NCBI GenBank assembly: GCA_965223005.1
Contig: CBDCVK010000006.1
Span: forward strand, 64,001 to 128,000
Direction: 5' to 3'
Length of the DNA stretch: 64,000 bases
Source: Terriglobia bacterium
GTDB lineage: Bacteria > Acidobacteriota > Terriglobia > JAJPHL01 > JAPKYU01
Position 1 is the first letter of the stretch, and each line of letters opens with the position of its first letter. Under the pieces are notes generated by a model. It saw only the letters and a list, made by a program, of their open reading frames with translations, had not been told where the DNA came from and made no database searches. Below are positions 9,087 through 19,001 of this stretch, in pieces. Both the position numbers and the translations under genes were made by a program.

Positions 9087-10099
9087 ATTCCTCCCGGCAG
9101 AACTACGAGATCGAGAAGCTGCCCATTCTCATTCTGTTTCCGCACAGTCGCTGCAATTGCCGTTGCATCATGTGCGACATCTGGAAAATCGAGACTGTCC
9201 GGGAAATCGCCGCCGCCGAGCTAGATCGTCACGCCGGGGACATCGAGGCTCTGGGCGTGGAATGGGTCGTTTTTTCCGGCGGTGAACCGCTCATGCATTC
9301 GGACCTGTTCCGGTTGTGCGAACGCCTCCGGGCGTTGGGAATTCGCACCACGATTCTGACCACCGGCCTTCTGCTCGGTAGGTATTCCCGTCGAATCGTC
9401 GAGCACCTGGACGGCGTAATTGTTTCCCTGGATGGCCCCCCAGAGGTTCACGACCGCATACGTCGTATCCCGCACGCTTTCGACCTCCTGGCGGCAGGCG
9501 TGCGAGCCTTGCGCCGGCTAAGGCCGGAATTCCACGTGGCAGCTCGCTGCACGGTCCAGAAGCAGAACGTCGGCCGTTTAGCGGAAACAGTGAAGGCGGC
9601 GCGTCAGCTCGGCCTGCGATCGATTTCGTTCCTCGCAGCGGATTTGAACTCTACTGCGTTCAATCGGCCGCAGAGCTGGCCAACCGAGCGCCAGGCGGAA
9701 GTCGGCTTGAACACGGAAGAGCTGCTTGTCCTTGAGAAAGAGATAGAGGCGATGATCCGCGATGACGCGGGCTATCTGAAGACCGGATTCATTCTGGAGG
9801 CGCCGGAAAAGTTGCGACGTATCGTCCATCATTTTCGGGCGCACCAGGGTATGGTGGAGCCGGTCGCGCCGCGTTGCAACGCACCATGGGTGTCCGCCGT
9901 TGTGGAATCGGATGGTACAGTTCGCCCCTGTTTCTTTCACCGACCGATTGGTAATCTTGGAGGGCGTTCACTTCGGCAGGTCCTGAACAGCCCAGAGGCC
10001 TTCGAGTTCCGGAGGACCCTGGACATCCCGCGAAATCCTATTTGCCAGCGCTGTGTCTGCTCCCTTTACTTGACATCAAACAAGCCCCTCCCCTCCTGA
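9083..10099 (+). CDS. Radical SAM protein with C-terminal SPASM/twitch-type Cys domain
   Basis: CNCRCIMC; FSGGEPL; SLDG...HDRIR; C-terminal CNAPW...DGTVRPC...CQRCVC. Confidence 0.9.
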   Translation: MNSSRQNYEIEKLPILILFPHSRCNCRCIMCDIWKIETVREIAAAELDRHAGDIEALGVEWVVFSGGEPLMHSDLFRLCERLRALGIRTTILTTGLLLGRYSRRIVEHLDGVIVSLDGPPEVHDRIRRIPHAFDLLAAGVRALRRLRPEFHVAARCTVQKQNVGRLAETVKAARQLGLRSISFLAADLNSTAFNRPQSWPTERQAEVGLNTEELLVLEKEIEAMIRDDAGYLKTGFILEAPEKLRRIVHHFRAHQGMVEPVAPRCNAPWVSAVVESDGTVRPCFFHRPIGNLGGRSLRQVLNSPEAFEFRRTLDIPRNPICQRCVCSLYLTSNKPLPS

Positions 10100-10558
10100 A
10101 TTCGGCTAGACGCTTGCACGGGAAAGCCAAATAACCTGTTGGACTGCCCAAGCGAAATCACTGTAGCGGGGAGTCAAAGTGCAGGCGGTGAGAAGCTCTC
10201 TGGATGCCGGGCAATTTCTCTCTTCCTCGCGCTATCTTGGCGCCTGGGTACAATTGATTACCCATACTTGCTCGGGCAGTTAGTGTTGTCCCAAAGAATC
10301 TGTCACTCTGGCTGGGCTGGTTGCTTTTTCTTCTCGGCGCCCTCTGTGCTTTCTTCTACGCTTAATACTTGCATGACTGAGGGAGAGAGGGCGATGGCAC
10401 CCTTGCCCTTTCCGACGCCTCTACTTGGCGGTGTTGTGTGAGGGCACAAGCCTAGTTTGGCAGGGCGATATGAGACGCACTCCGGCGCGCCTTTAGGTTG
10501 GTTTTGGAACCAAATGGAACCGAGATGGGGTAGGGAAGACCCCGAAGTGTTTGAAAAA

Positions 10559-10634
10559 TGGTGGCCAGGGACGGAATCGAACCGCCGACGCCAGCCTTTT
10601 CAGGGCTGCGCTCTACCGACTGAGCTACCTGGCC
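10559..10634 (-). tRNA. tRNA-Phe (GAA)
   Basis: 76 nt GGCCAGGTAGCTCAGTCGGTAGAGCGCAGCCCTGAAAAGGCTGGCGTCGGCGGTTCGATTCCGTCCCTGGCCACCA; full cloverleaf, encoded CCA. Confidence 0.97.
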
Positions 10635-10649
10635 CAAAGGGGCCCAAGC

Positions 10650-10679
10650 ATTTTATGTGGCGGGTTGGGAGGCTGTCAA
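10650..10679 (-). promoter_or_regulatory. Sigma70-type promoter of tRNA-Phe
   Basis: TTGACA-18 nt-TAAAAT on the minus strand, 15 nt upstream of the tRNA. Confidence 0.75.
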
Positions 10680-10735
10680 ACGGAGGCAGTAACTAGCTTC
10701 GGCCAGCGAGGCTGGCGCCAGCCTTAAAAACGACG

Positions 10736-11542
10736 TTACGTCGGGAAGAATGGGTTCAAAGTGCCGCAAGCGGGACAATCGTAGCGGGGCAAGACCTTGC
10801 CCCGCACGTGCCCCAGTGTGCGCAACCAGGCCGCATCATGGCTGCTGCCGCAGCGGATACAGACGTTGGATTCCGACGGGTCTTCCGAAACTTCCCGACC
10901 GCCCTGACGGCTGAAGTGGAACAGCCAGCCGTAAGTGCTCCAGCGGGTTCCCAGGCGACGGTCGGCGGCCCGGACCAGGGCATTCCAGGCCAGCAGAGTG
11001 ACACGCAGGAAGCGCGGAGGTGCCCAGTTCAAAACCTGCGCCCGACCGCCCCATCGCTGGCCCGGCTGCCGATTCAAAAACGAATAGGAGGAATAGAGCA
11101 AGCGATAGCGCTGGGGCCACAAGCCACCTTCCCGCGCGGCCGCCACCAGCTCCTCCCGACGGAAGCGGTTCACGTGTTCGCGTCCCTTGTCTAGGAAGCG
11201 GAAGAGCGCGGCCGATAGACAGTATCCGTCGGGAACGTTAACCAGCACGATCCCTTCTGGTTTCAAGACGCGGGCCGCTTCGCGCAGAGCGCTTGGCCAA
11301 TTTCGGATGTGCTCCAGGGTGTGGTTGGCGATAATTAGATCGCAGCAAGCATCGGGCAGTGGTAGCGACGCCGCATCTGCTCGCACAAAACCACCCTGAC
11401 GCAGGTGGGGAATTACTGGCGGCGCGCGCAAATCTACACCCACGACGCAGCAGGAGGCAACGGCGTAGGAGAGGCTGCCAGCCCCGCAGCCCAGGTCGAG
11501 CGCCATTTGCTTCGGACCAAGTTGGGCCAGTAGCCGGTTCAC
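10736..11542 (-). CDS. Type 11 methyltransferase with C-terminal Zn-ribbon
   Basis: ALDLGCGAG; ADAASLPL; HTLEH; VLKPEG; C-terminal CIRC...CPAC. Confidence 0.85.
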   Translation of the reverse strand: MNRLLAQLGPKQMALDLGCGAGSLSYAVASCCVVGVDLRAPPVIPHLRQGGFVRADAASLPLPDACCDLIIANHTLEHIRNWPSALREAARVLKPEGIVLVNVPDGYCLSAALFRFLDKGREHVNRFRREELVAAAREGGLWPQRYRLLYSSYSFLNRQPGQRWGGRAQVLNWAPPRFLRVTLLAWNALVRAADRRLGTRWSTYGWLFHFSRQGGREVSEDPSESNVCIRCGSSHDAAWLRTLGHVRGKVLPRYDCPACGTLNPFFPT

Positions 11543-11768
11543 GCGCCGATTCTACGCCAGGTTCCCCTCAGGCGCTGCTGCCTTCGATCCTCCGATAAGC
11601 ACGATTGCCTTTCGCAAGCTTCTTCCTGGCGCATCGGCGGGGCTGTCGGTGCGTCACAAGCGTGTTGGACCTCTCGTACTACCTCAAAATGAGCCTTTCG
11701 GCCTATAGCGTTACTGACCTACGCGTGTCAAAAAAGAAACAGGCTGCCGGTCCTGGAGGTAGGCTGCA

Positions 11769-11984
11769 ATGAAGTTAACTCACGAAGAGGTGCGAGAGTG
11801 GTTTGTGATGCGCGACCATGTGCGGAGGGTAGTGCAGCAGCTGGAAGTGTGTAATCGCTGCTGGCGAGTGCGCGATCAGGCCCACTTGATCCGGATCGCT
11901 GGACTGCATTGTTGCAGCCCGGATGATGAGGAAGGCTGCCTGAGCCCTCGGGCAACGCGCAGAGTCCGAGCTCGGACAGCCTGA
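11769..11984 (+). CDS. Small Cys-rich hypothetical protein (71 aa)
   Basis: Strong SD GGAGGT upstream of the ATG; CNRC, CC and C residues; fills an intergenic gap. Confidence 0.6.
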   Translation: MKLTHEEVREWFVMRDHVRRVVQQLEVCNRCWRVRDQAHLIRIAGLHCCSPDDEEGCLSPRATRRVRARTA

Positions 11985-12115
11985 CTCCTTCCGAGCTGCG
12001 CCCAGTTGCGTCTGCGGCGGCAGGCTACGCACCTCTTTCATTTGGATACTCCCGCGCCGGACGATTCATCGAGAAACAGTTGTGGTAGGAGGCCAGCCAG
12101 ACCAATTGTTTCCGG

Positions 12116-14440
12116 TTAGCGTATCTGCTGGTCCACTTCGGCCAGCCATGCGGGCCGGCTGAGAACCTCGCGGGGTTTGCTTCCGTCGGGGGGCCCGATG
12201 ATGCCATCCCTCTGCATCATATCCAGCAGGCGGGCGGCACGGCCGTAGCCCAGTCGTAGGCGGCGCTGCAAGATGGAGGTGGAGGCCTTCCCCATCTCAA
12301 CGATCATCCGCACCGCTTCGTCGTAGAGTGGGTCATCGCCGGCTCCCGATTCTTCGCCACCCTCGGCCTCTTCTCCCTCTTCGGCCGGGGACGCCAGATA
12401 CTGGTGTTCATAGGTGGGCTTGGACTGGGCCCGCCAGAACTCCACCACGTCGGCGATTTCCTTCTCAGTCACCAGCGGTCCATGCACTCGCAGCAGGCGA
12501 GCCGAGCCTGGCGGCAAGTACAACATGTCGCCGCGGCCCAACAACGCCTCGGCTCCGTTGCTATCAAGGATGGTGCGAGAGTCCACCTTGGTGGCTACCC
12601 GGAACGAGATACGGGCCGGGAAGTTCGCTTTGATCAGGCCGGTGATGACGTCCACACTGGGCCGCTGTGTGGCGAGGATCAGGTGGATGCCGACGGCGCG
12701 AGCCATTTGGGCCAGCCGGGTGATGGATTCTTCCACGTTGCGCGAGTCTATCAGCATCAGGTCAGCCAGCTCGTCAATCACAATGACCACGTAGGGCAGC
12801 GGCCGCTCCGGCTCACCCTTCGGGTCAAACAAGCTGAGCGTCGCGGGACGCTCGAAGAGCCGGTTGTACTGATCGATGTGGCGAACCCCCTTCTCTGCCA
12901 GCAGCTTCAGTCGCCGTTCCATCTCCCGGACGGCATTGCGCAGCGCGTTCGCAGCCTGTTTCGGCTCGGTGATGATCGGCGTCATCAGATGTGGAACGCC
13001 CTCATACAGCCCTAGTTCCAGACGCTTGGGATCCACCAGAATCAGGCGAACCTGGTCGGGAGTGGACTTATAGAGGAAGGAAACAATGAAGGAGTTGATG
13101 GCCACGCTCTTGCCCGTGCCGGTGGAGCCGGCAATCAGTAAGTGCGGCATGGAGGCTAGGTCAGCGATGCGAATGCGCCCGTTAATGTCCTTACCCAGCG
13201 CCATGGTCAGGCGCGATGGTGAGTCGGCGAACTCCGCGGTTTGCAAAATGTCGCGCAGGTAGATGGTGGCACGGTGTGAGTTGGGTACTTCGATACCAAC
13301 CGTAGACTTGCCGGGGATGCGCTCGATCAAGATGGATTCTGCCTGCAGCGCCAGGCACAGGTCATCTACGAGGTTAGTTATTCGGCTGTACTTGACTCCA
13401 GCTTCCGGCTTGAATTCGAACGTGGTGACCACTGGGCCAGGGTTTACCTGAGTGACTGTGCCCGTCACTCCAAACTCTTCGCACTTCATCTTCAGCAGGG
13501 CGGCTAGGTGCTTCAGCCCCTCCTCCTCAATCCCTTCGGCTGGATCGGACTCCCGCAACAACGCCAGCGATGGCATCCGGAAGCCGCCAGCGATTCTTGG
13601 CGCCAGCCCGAGGCGGCGGGGTGGGGAAGCGGACTCGGACGCCGCATTTCCGAGTGTGTCCGGGAGTTCCGCAGAGGATTGCACCGTTGATGCAACCAGC
13701 GGGCGTGAGGCGGGCGGTTGGATTGTGCCGCTAGATGGTACACGGGGGTTCTCAGGCACACCCGACTGAACAGCCACAGGCCGGCCCTTGGCCCGCAACC
13801 TTTCTAGCCGCGCCCGCAGTCTTGCCTTTTGGTGCGCTTCCCGCCAGCTCTGCCAGCGCTCCCGTAGCTGGCTCAGCCGGCCCAGCCAAGCCAAACGAAC
13901 TCGCACCTGCGAGATGGAGAGTGCGGTCAGCAGGTAGAGCGAGCCGACGAAGCTCAGGGCCAGCAGGACCAGCGTACCGGTCAGGTTCAACAGGTGCAGC
14001 GAAGCGGAAGCCAGTAGCGTGCCGGCTAAGCCGCCGGGTGCGATGGCTCCCTGCCAGCGCCAGGACCATCTCCCGAACACTTCGGGTAGCGCCAAGCCGC
14101 CGCATAGCGCCGTGACCAGCAGCAGAGCCCCGGCTGTTCGTGCCCAGCCAGGGCCGGCCGGCTGTCCAACAGGCCTGCGCCAGTTCGCCACCGGGGCGGC
14201 CAGCAGTCCCACCGGGATCAGAAAAGCCACCAATCCCAGAACCTGCAATAGCAGGTCCGCGACGTAGGAACCTACGAGCCCCACCAAGTTCTGCACAGGC
14301 TGGTGGGGCGGGGGCGCCGAGTTCAGGGATGGGTCAAAAGGATGGTAAGAGACGAGCGCCAGCGCCACGAGCAACCCGAAGGCGCCGTAGACGAATGCAA
14401 ACAGTTCTTGAAACCTGCGGCTCTTCCCAGTGTCGGGCAA
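12116..14440 (-). CDS. ftsK: DNA translocase FtsK
   Basis: N-terminal TM domain; MPHLLIAGSTGTGKS; IDELADLM; ATQRPSVDVITG; gamma domain LQRRLRLGYGRAARL. Confidence 0.97.
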   Translation of the reverse strand: MPDTGKSRRFQELFAFVYGAFGLLVALALVSYHPFDPSLNSAPPPHQPVQNLVGLVGSYVADLLLQVLGLVAFLIPVGLLAAPVANWRRPVGQPAGPGWARTAGALLLVTALCGGLALPEVFGRWSWRWQGAIAPGGLAGTLLASASLHLLNLTGTLVLLALSFVGSLYLLTALSISQVRVRLAWLGRLSQLRERWQSWREAHQKARLRARLERLRAKGRPVAVQSGVPENPRVPSSGTIQPPASRPLVASTVQSSAELPDTLGNAASESASPPRRLGLAPRIAGGFRMPSLALLRESDPAEGIEEEGLKHLAALLKMKCEEFGVTGTVTQVNPGPVVTTFEFKPEAGVKYSRITNLVDDLCLALQAESILIERIPGKSTVGIEVPNSHRATIYLRDILQTAEFADSPSRLTMALGKDINGRIRIADLASMPHLLIAGSTGTGKSVAINSFIVSFLYKSTPDQVRLILVDPKRLELGLYEGVPHLMTPIITEPKQAANALRNAVREMERRLKLLAEKGVRHIDQYNRLFERPATLSLFDPKGEPERPLPYVVIVIDELADLMLIDSRNVEESITRLAQMARAVGIHLILATQRPSVDVITGLIKANFPARISFRVATKVDSRTILDSNGAEALLGRGDMLYLPPGSARLLRVHGPLVTEKEIADVVEFWRAQSKPTYEHQYLASPAEEGEEAEGGEESGAGDDPLYDEAVRMIVEMGKASTSILQRRLRLGYGRAARLLDMMQRDGIIGPPDGSKPREVLSRPAWLAEVDQQIR

Positions 14441-15319
14441 CTACGGAGCCGAGGAAAAAATCGCCAGTACTAGAATCATAAGCCCAAAGACCACCCGATA
14501 GTAAATAAAAATCTTTAGGGTCCGCGTCTGCAGGTACCGGATAAAGAACGCAATCACGGCGTACCCCACCAGGGCAGCTACAGCTATTCCCAACAGGAAA
14601 GGCAGGCGCATCTGGTCAGGAACGCCGGTGCTCCACAGCCCCACGCTTTCCTTGACGACTGCACCGGCGATGACAGGGGTAGCCAGCAAGAAGGAGAACC
14701 GCGCCGAAGAGTCGCGCCGGTAGTGGCGAAGAAGGGCGGCGGTGATGGTGATGCCAGACCGGGACACGCCGGGAATCAGCGCCAGCGCCTGTGCCAGGCC
14801 TACCAACAGGGTGTCGCTCAGGCCCAGGTCCTTCAACCCGTGGAGCTGCCGGGCCACGCGCTCCCCGTAGGCCATCAGGAACGCGACCAGTATCAGCGAG
14901 GCGGCCATCACGTAGGGCGAGCGCAGTGTGGTCCTGACGTGGTGTTCGAGGGAGTAGCCCACCACCGCTGCGGGAATGGTCCCCAAGGCCAGCAGCCAGA
15001 GCAGGCGGCGGTCGGCCACCGCCTCGTCATCCTCCGCCGGCGCGCCATCCAGCAAGCCCGTGCGGCGGGCCGGCCCCCGGGCTGGCTCCACCGGCGGTTT
15101 CAGTCCGAGTCCGGCAAACACGATGCGGACCCACAGGCGCCAGAAGTAAACCAGGACGGCCACCAGCGTCCCCAGGTGCAACGCAACGTTAAAGGTGAGT
15201 CCTGGATCGCGCCAGTTGAGCAGCCAGGGGACCAGAGCCAAGTGGGCGGTGCTGGAGACGGGAAGGAACTCGGTGAGGGCCTGAACCACCGCCAGGATCA
15301 CCACCTGATGAATCGGCAT
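14441..15319 (-). CDS. uppP: Undecaprenyl-diphosphatase
   Basis: QALTEFLPVSSTAHL; PGVSRSGITI; ARFSFLLA. Confidence 0.95.
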   Translation of the reverse strand: MPIHQVVILAVVQALTEFLPVSSTAHLALVPWLLNWRDPGLTFNVALHLGTLVAVLVYFWRLWVRIVFAGLGLKPPVEPARGPARRTGLLDGAPAEDDEAVADRRLLWLLALGTIPAAVVGYSLEHHVRTTLRSPYVMAASLILVAFLMAYGERVARQLHGLKDLGLSDTLLVGLAQALALIPGVSRSGITITAALLRHYRRDSSARFSFLLATPVIAGAVVKESVGLWSTGVPDQMRLPFLLGIAVAALVGYAVIAFFIRYLQTRTLKIFIYYRVVFGLMILVLAIFSSAP

Positions 15320-15347
15320 TCGGCAAAAGGGAGTGTAAAGTTAGCAG

Positions 15348-15668
15348 TTACTTGGCGACCAGCCGCCCTATGTAGCTTTCCAGTGCAGCAGGCGTCTCCA
15401 GGAATCTTGCAGCCACCGCCTGTTCGTAGGCGCGAACCACTTGCACTCCGGCGGAGATTGTATCCGATGCCCCCTCCAAGTCTAGTCGTAACACCCCCTC
15501 CGACCTCACTGTCGGCGCCCGTTCAGCAGTAAACAGAATGCCACCCAGGCCGAGGTTCGCCGGCTTGCCTACATACTTCTGCTCGCCGATCGTCAGCGTC
15601 AGAGTGCCCTCTACAGGGTAGCGGATATGTCGACGCCGTTCGGCCCTCCGCGCGCTCTCACCAGACAT
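15348..15668 (-). CDS. PilZ domain protein
   Basis: ERRRHIR (RxxxR) and NLGLGG motifs; GGAGG SD before the ATG at 15668. Confidence 0.75.
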   Translation of the reverse strand: MSGESARRAERRRHIRYPVEGTLTLTIGEQKYVGKPANLGLGGILFTAERAPTVRSEGVLRLDLEGASDTISAGVQVVRAYEQAVAARFLETPAALESYIGRLVAK

Positions 15669-15868
15669 GCCATTGACCTCCATGCCGAGTTCGATCAGGA
15701 GCAATCCTGCGAGGTGTAGGTAGAGACGAAACTTTCTTCCACACACCTCGGAGACTCACACGCCACTCCGCCTCCATCCGCCATCACTCGCCGCCACGGC
15801 GCCAGCGTCCACCCGTGGCCGATGGCCGCGCGAGTGAATAAAGGGTGTAAGGATGTTTGTGTTCGCGG

Positions 15869-17998
15869 TCAAATCCCCGCCGCTTGGTGCAGGCGTCCCG
15901 CAATAAACTTCCCTGCCGCCTCGCTATCGAGCGGCTTGGAGAGAAGATATCCCTGCCCATATTTACATCCCAGTTCCCTGAGTTGCGACAGTTGCTCCGC
16001 CGTTTCGACGCCTTCCGCGACCACATCAATGCCCAAATCACGGGCAAGAGTCATGATGGTGCGGACCACCTCCGGCTTTTCGAGCCCAGTGCGCGTCCCG
16101 CTGACAAAGGAACGGTCGATCTTTAACACATCAATGGGAAGGCGGTGCAGATAACTCAAGGAGGAATAGCCTGTACCAAAATCATCCATGGAGGACTGAA
16201 TCCCCAAGGCTTTCAGTTGCTGGAGCATGATGATCACCGATTCAATATTTTCCATGATCACGCTTTCGGTGATCTCCAGCTTCAAACTTCTCCCGTCCAG
16301 TGAGAACTGTTGCAGGATTTGAGTGATCTGGTCAACGAAATCAGGTTGCGAAAGCTGTTTGCCGGAAAAATTGACGTTCACAGGCACGGCCGTGCCAAAT
16401 CGGACCTGCCAGGCACACATCTGATGGCACGCCTCCTCGAGAGCCCACCGGCCGATGGGAATGATCAATCGGGTTTCTTCCGCGAGCGGGACGAACTCTG
16501 CAGGCGAAACAAAGCCACGTACCGGATGCTCCCAACGCAGAAGAGCCTCCAGTCCGATCACTTTAGCGGTTTCCAGCAACACAATGGGCTGGTAGTGAAG
16601 CCGGAACTCTTTCCGCTCCAGGGCGCGTCGCAGGTCGTGGTCCAGCTGCAAGAGTGCTACCGCACGCACGTGCATGGCCGTGTCAAACATCGAGTAGCAG
16701 GCCCTGCCCAGCGCCTTAGCACGATACATGGCTGTGTCCGTGTCGCGCAGGAACTCTTCTGGGTGGGTGTAACCCGTGGAACTCAGGGCAATTCCAATGC
16801 TCGAGGTGGTAAAGACCTCATGCCCGTCAACCTGGAAAGGGGCCCTCAAATCCTTGTGGACGCGCTCGGCAACACGGGTAGCATCGGTCTCGTCTCTAAT
16901 GTCCTCAAGGAACATTGTGAACTCGTCTCCCCCCAGACGGGCAACCGTATCCCATTGGGAGCGCAGGCACTTCTCCAGCCTTCGAGCCACCGCCCGAAGC
17001 AATTCATCGCCGATATTGTGTCCCAGGCTCTCGTTGACCAGCTTGAAGCGGTCCAGGTCCAGAAAGAGCACGGCGAAAAGGTAATCCGGATGTCGAATCC
17101 GGCGCTTCAGCGCGCGCTCGAGGCGGTCCAGTAGCAAAGCGCGGTTGGCAAGGCCCGTCAGCTCGTCGGAGAACGCATTGCGGACTAATTGCTCCTCGGC
17201 CCGTTTCCGCTCGGTGATATCCACGCGGGCCGTACGCATCCCGGTCACGGCACCTTTCGCATCGCGGATCAAGCTCTGATGGATTTCCACGGTGAGCGGT
17301 GCGCCGTCCCGGCGGATGTCTGTCCGATGAACGATCTCAAGTGGCTGTTCCCCGCGGATCTTTCGGCGAAAGGCCTGTCGAGCTGGTTCACGTTCTTCCG
17401 GTGCTATAAAGTCCCAGGTGTATTTGCCCAGGATTTCTTCGGCTTCGTAGCCGAGCAGAGTGCACTCAGCCCGGTTGACACGGAGCACGATACCCTCACA
17501 GTCAATCTCGTGGTAGGCCACCGGCGCTTCTTCAAACAGGCCCCGGAAACGTTCTTCGCTTACCCGCAGTGCCTCCTCCGTCCTCTCGCCCTCGGTGATT
17601 TCCACCGTCAGCCGCTCTCCCAAGTCACGCAGTTGCCCGATCCCAGCGCCAATTAACACTGCCATGGCCGACCCGGGCCCTCCTCCGTGCTGGAATACCG
17701 CGTCCCAGCCTTCTAGCCCGACAAAATTGAAAAGAAGCGTGTTGAGCGGGAGGCTAAGAAACCCGACAATCAAACCGCCCCGTAATCCCCAGAGCCATGC
17801 CAGCGCAATCACTGGGGCTGTGGCCAGCGCGGCCGTTCCTGGACCAGTCAGCCGGTACAATGGGAAAAACGCGAAAACATAGGCGCCTATAGCAGCCAGG
17901 CTGAATAGCACCCGCCGGAGTGGAGACTGCGCATCAAAGCGCCATGAGCGCCTGCGCTCGCAGGGTACGGTTGCCCGTCTGGGGGAAGACGAGTTCAC
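15869..17998 (-). CDS. Membrane-anchored PAS-GGDEF-EAL c-di-GMP enzyme
   Basis: N-terminal TM helices; PAS/PAC; RLGGDEF; GLEALLRW; DDFGTGYSSL. Confidence 0.95.
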   Translation of the reverse strand: MNSSSPRRATVPCERRRSWRFDAQSPLRRVLFSLAAIGAYVFAFFPLYRLTGPGTAALATAPVIALAWLWGLRGGLIVGFLSLPLNTLLFNFVGLEGWDAVFQHGGGPGSAMAVLIGAGIGQLRDLGERLTVEITEGERTEEALRVSEERFRGLFEEAPVAYHEIDCEGIVLRVNRAECTLLGYEAEEILGKYTWDFIAPEEREPARQAFRRKIRGEQPLEIVHRTDIRRDGAPLTVEIHQSLIRDAKGAVTGMRTARVDITERKRAEEQLVRNAFSDELTGLANRALLLDRLERALKRRIRHPDYLFAVLFLDLDRFKLVNESLGHNIGDELLRAVARRLEKCLRSQWDTVARLGGDEFTMFLEDIRDETDATRVAERVHKDLRAPFQVDGHEVFTTSSIGIALSSTGYTHPEEFLRDTDTAMYRAKALGRACYSMFDTAMHVRAVALLQLDHDLRRALERKEFRLHYQPIVLLETAKVIGLEALLRWEHPVRGFVSPAEFVPLAEETRLIIPIGRWALEEACHQMCAWQVRFGTAVPVNVNFSGKQLSQPDFVDQITQILQQFSLDGRSLKLEITESVIMENIESVIIMLQQLKALGIQSSMDDFGTGYSSLSYLHRLPIDVLKIDRSFVSGTRTGLEKPEVVRTIMTLARDLGIDVVAEGVETAEQLSQLRELGCKYGQGYLLSKPLDSEAAGKFIAGRLHQAAGI

Positions 17999-19001
17999 AA
18001 TGCTCCTGATTGGCCCCAGGAATCCGTTGGTAATGATATCTATGCTCGCGACCGATCATACCCTGAATCCTGAACATGCCCGATTCGAATCCTCGATGAG
18101 TCGTATCGACAGACTAAATAAGCAAGCCCGGCTGCTGATCATGCCCGCTGAATCGGCATCAGCCAAGCGCAGGCTTTCTTCGCTCAGAACTTGCTCAAGG
18201 CGACTTCGATCTGGGAGAACACACCGATATTATTCTCGAGCGACCACAGCAACCGCTCGGCGCGCGCTGCCCATGATGCATCGAAGCTCACCGCACCGGG
18301 GCCAAGCAAAGTTTCGACTGCCTGGCGGGCTTGTTGCTTATGCCGAACCGCCTTTTCCGCGCTGAAGTGGGTTTTGCCCTGCTGTAAGTAGATTTCCACC
18401 AGCGCCGCATGCCGGTAGGCCAGCGCATAGCGCAGCTCAGTGGTGCGCTCGGAGTCCGGATAATCTTCCAGGTAGCGAGTGATCAACCCGATCTCGACTT
18501 CCGGGCAGCCCGGCGTTGATTCCCAATAGTCGCACAGGTTGGTCCGAAGCAGGAGAAAGGCGGCCTCGGCGCCGGCCCGCGTCTTGGGATAGGAGCGCAC
18601 TACCCGCTGCAGTTCCATTACGGTGCCCGTGGGGTTGATGCTGCCTATGGTGCGGGTTTCAATGCGCCAAGACAGCTCTGCTGCGCGCCACCGGGCCTCC
18701 GGCACATAGGGACCGTCTGGGACAACGGATGCCGCCCTCCGGAACAGCCGGGCGGCCGCGATCCAGGTCTGGGCTGAATCTTCCTCTGCCAGTGCCTCAG
18801 CGGCATGGAACAGCAGCCCGGGAGCGCGCGGATTGTTGTCCAGGACCACAAGGCCGATGGCCAGCGTCCAGCCCCGTTCCCCCCTTGGCGCCGTCACTTG
18901 CAGGAATGCGTCTTCGCGTCCCGTCACCGAGACCTGCTCGTCGAGCGCCAGGCGGCCCACGGTCTTGCTCTCCAGGTCTGCTTTTCGGTAGAGGTGCTGA
19001 T

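Noticed and set aside
10452-10696. ORFs of 61 and 79 aa overlapping this interval
   Set aside because: They are translations of tRNA-Phe and its flanks.
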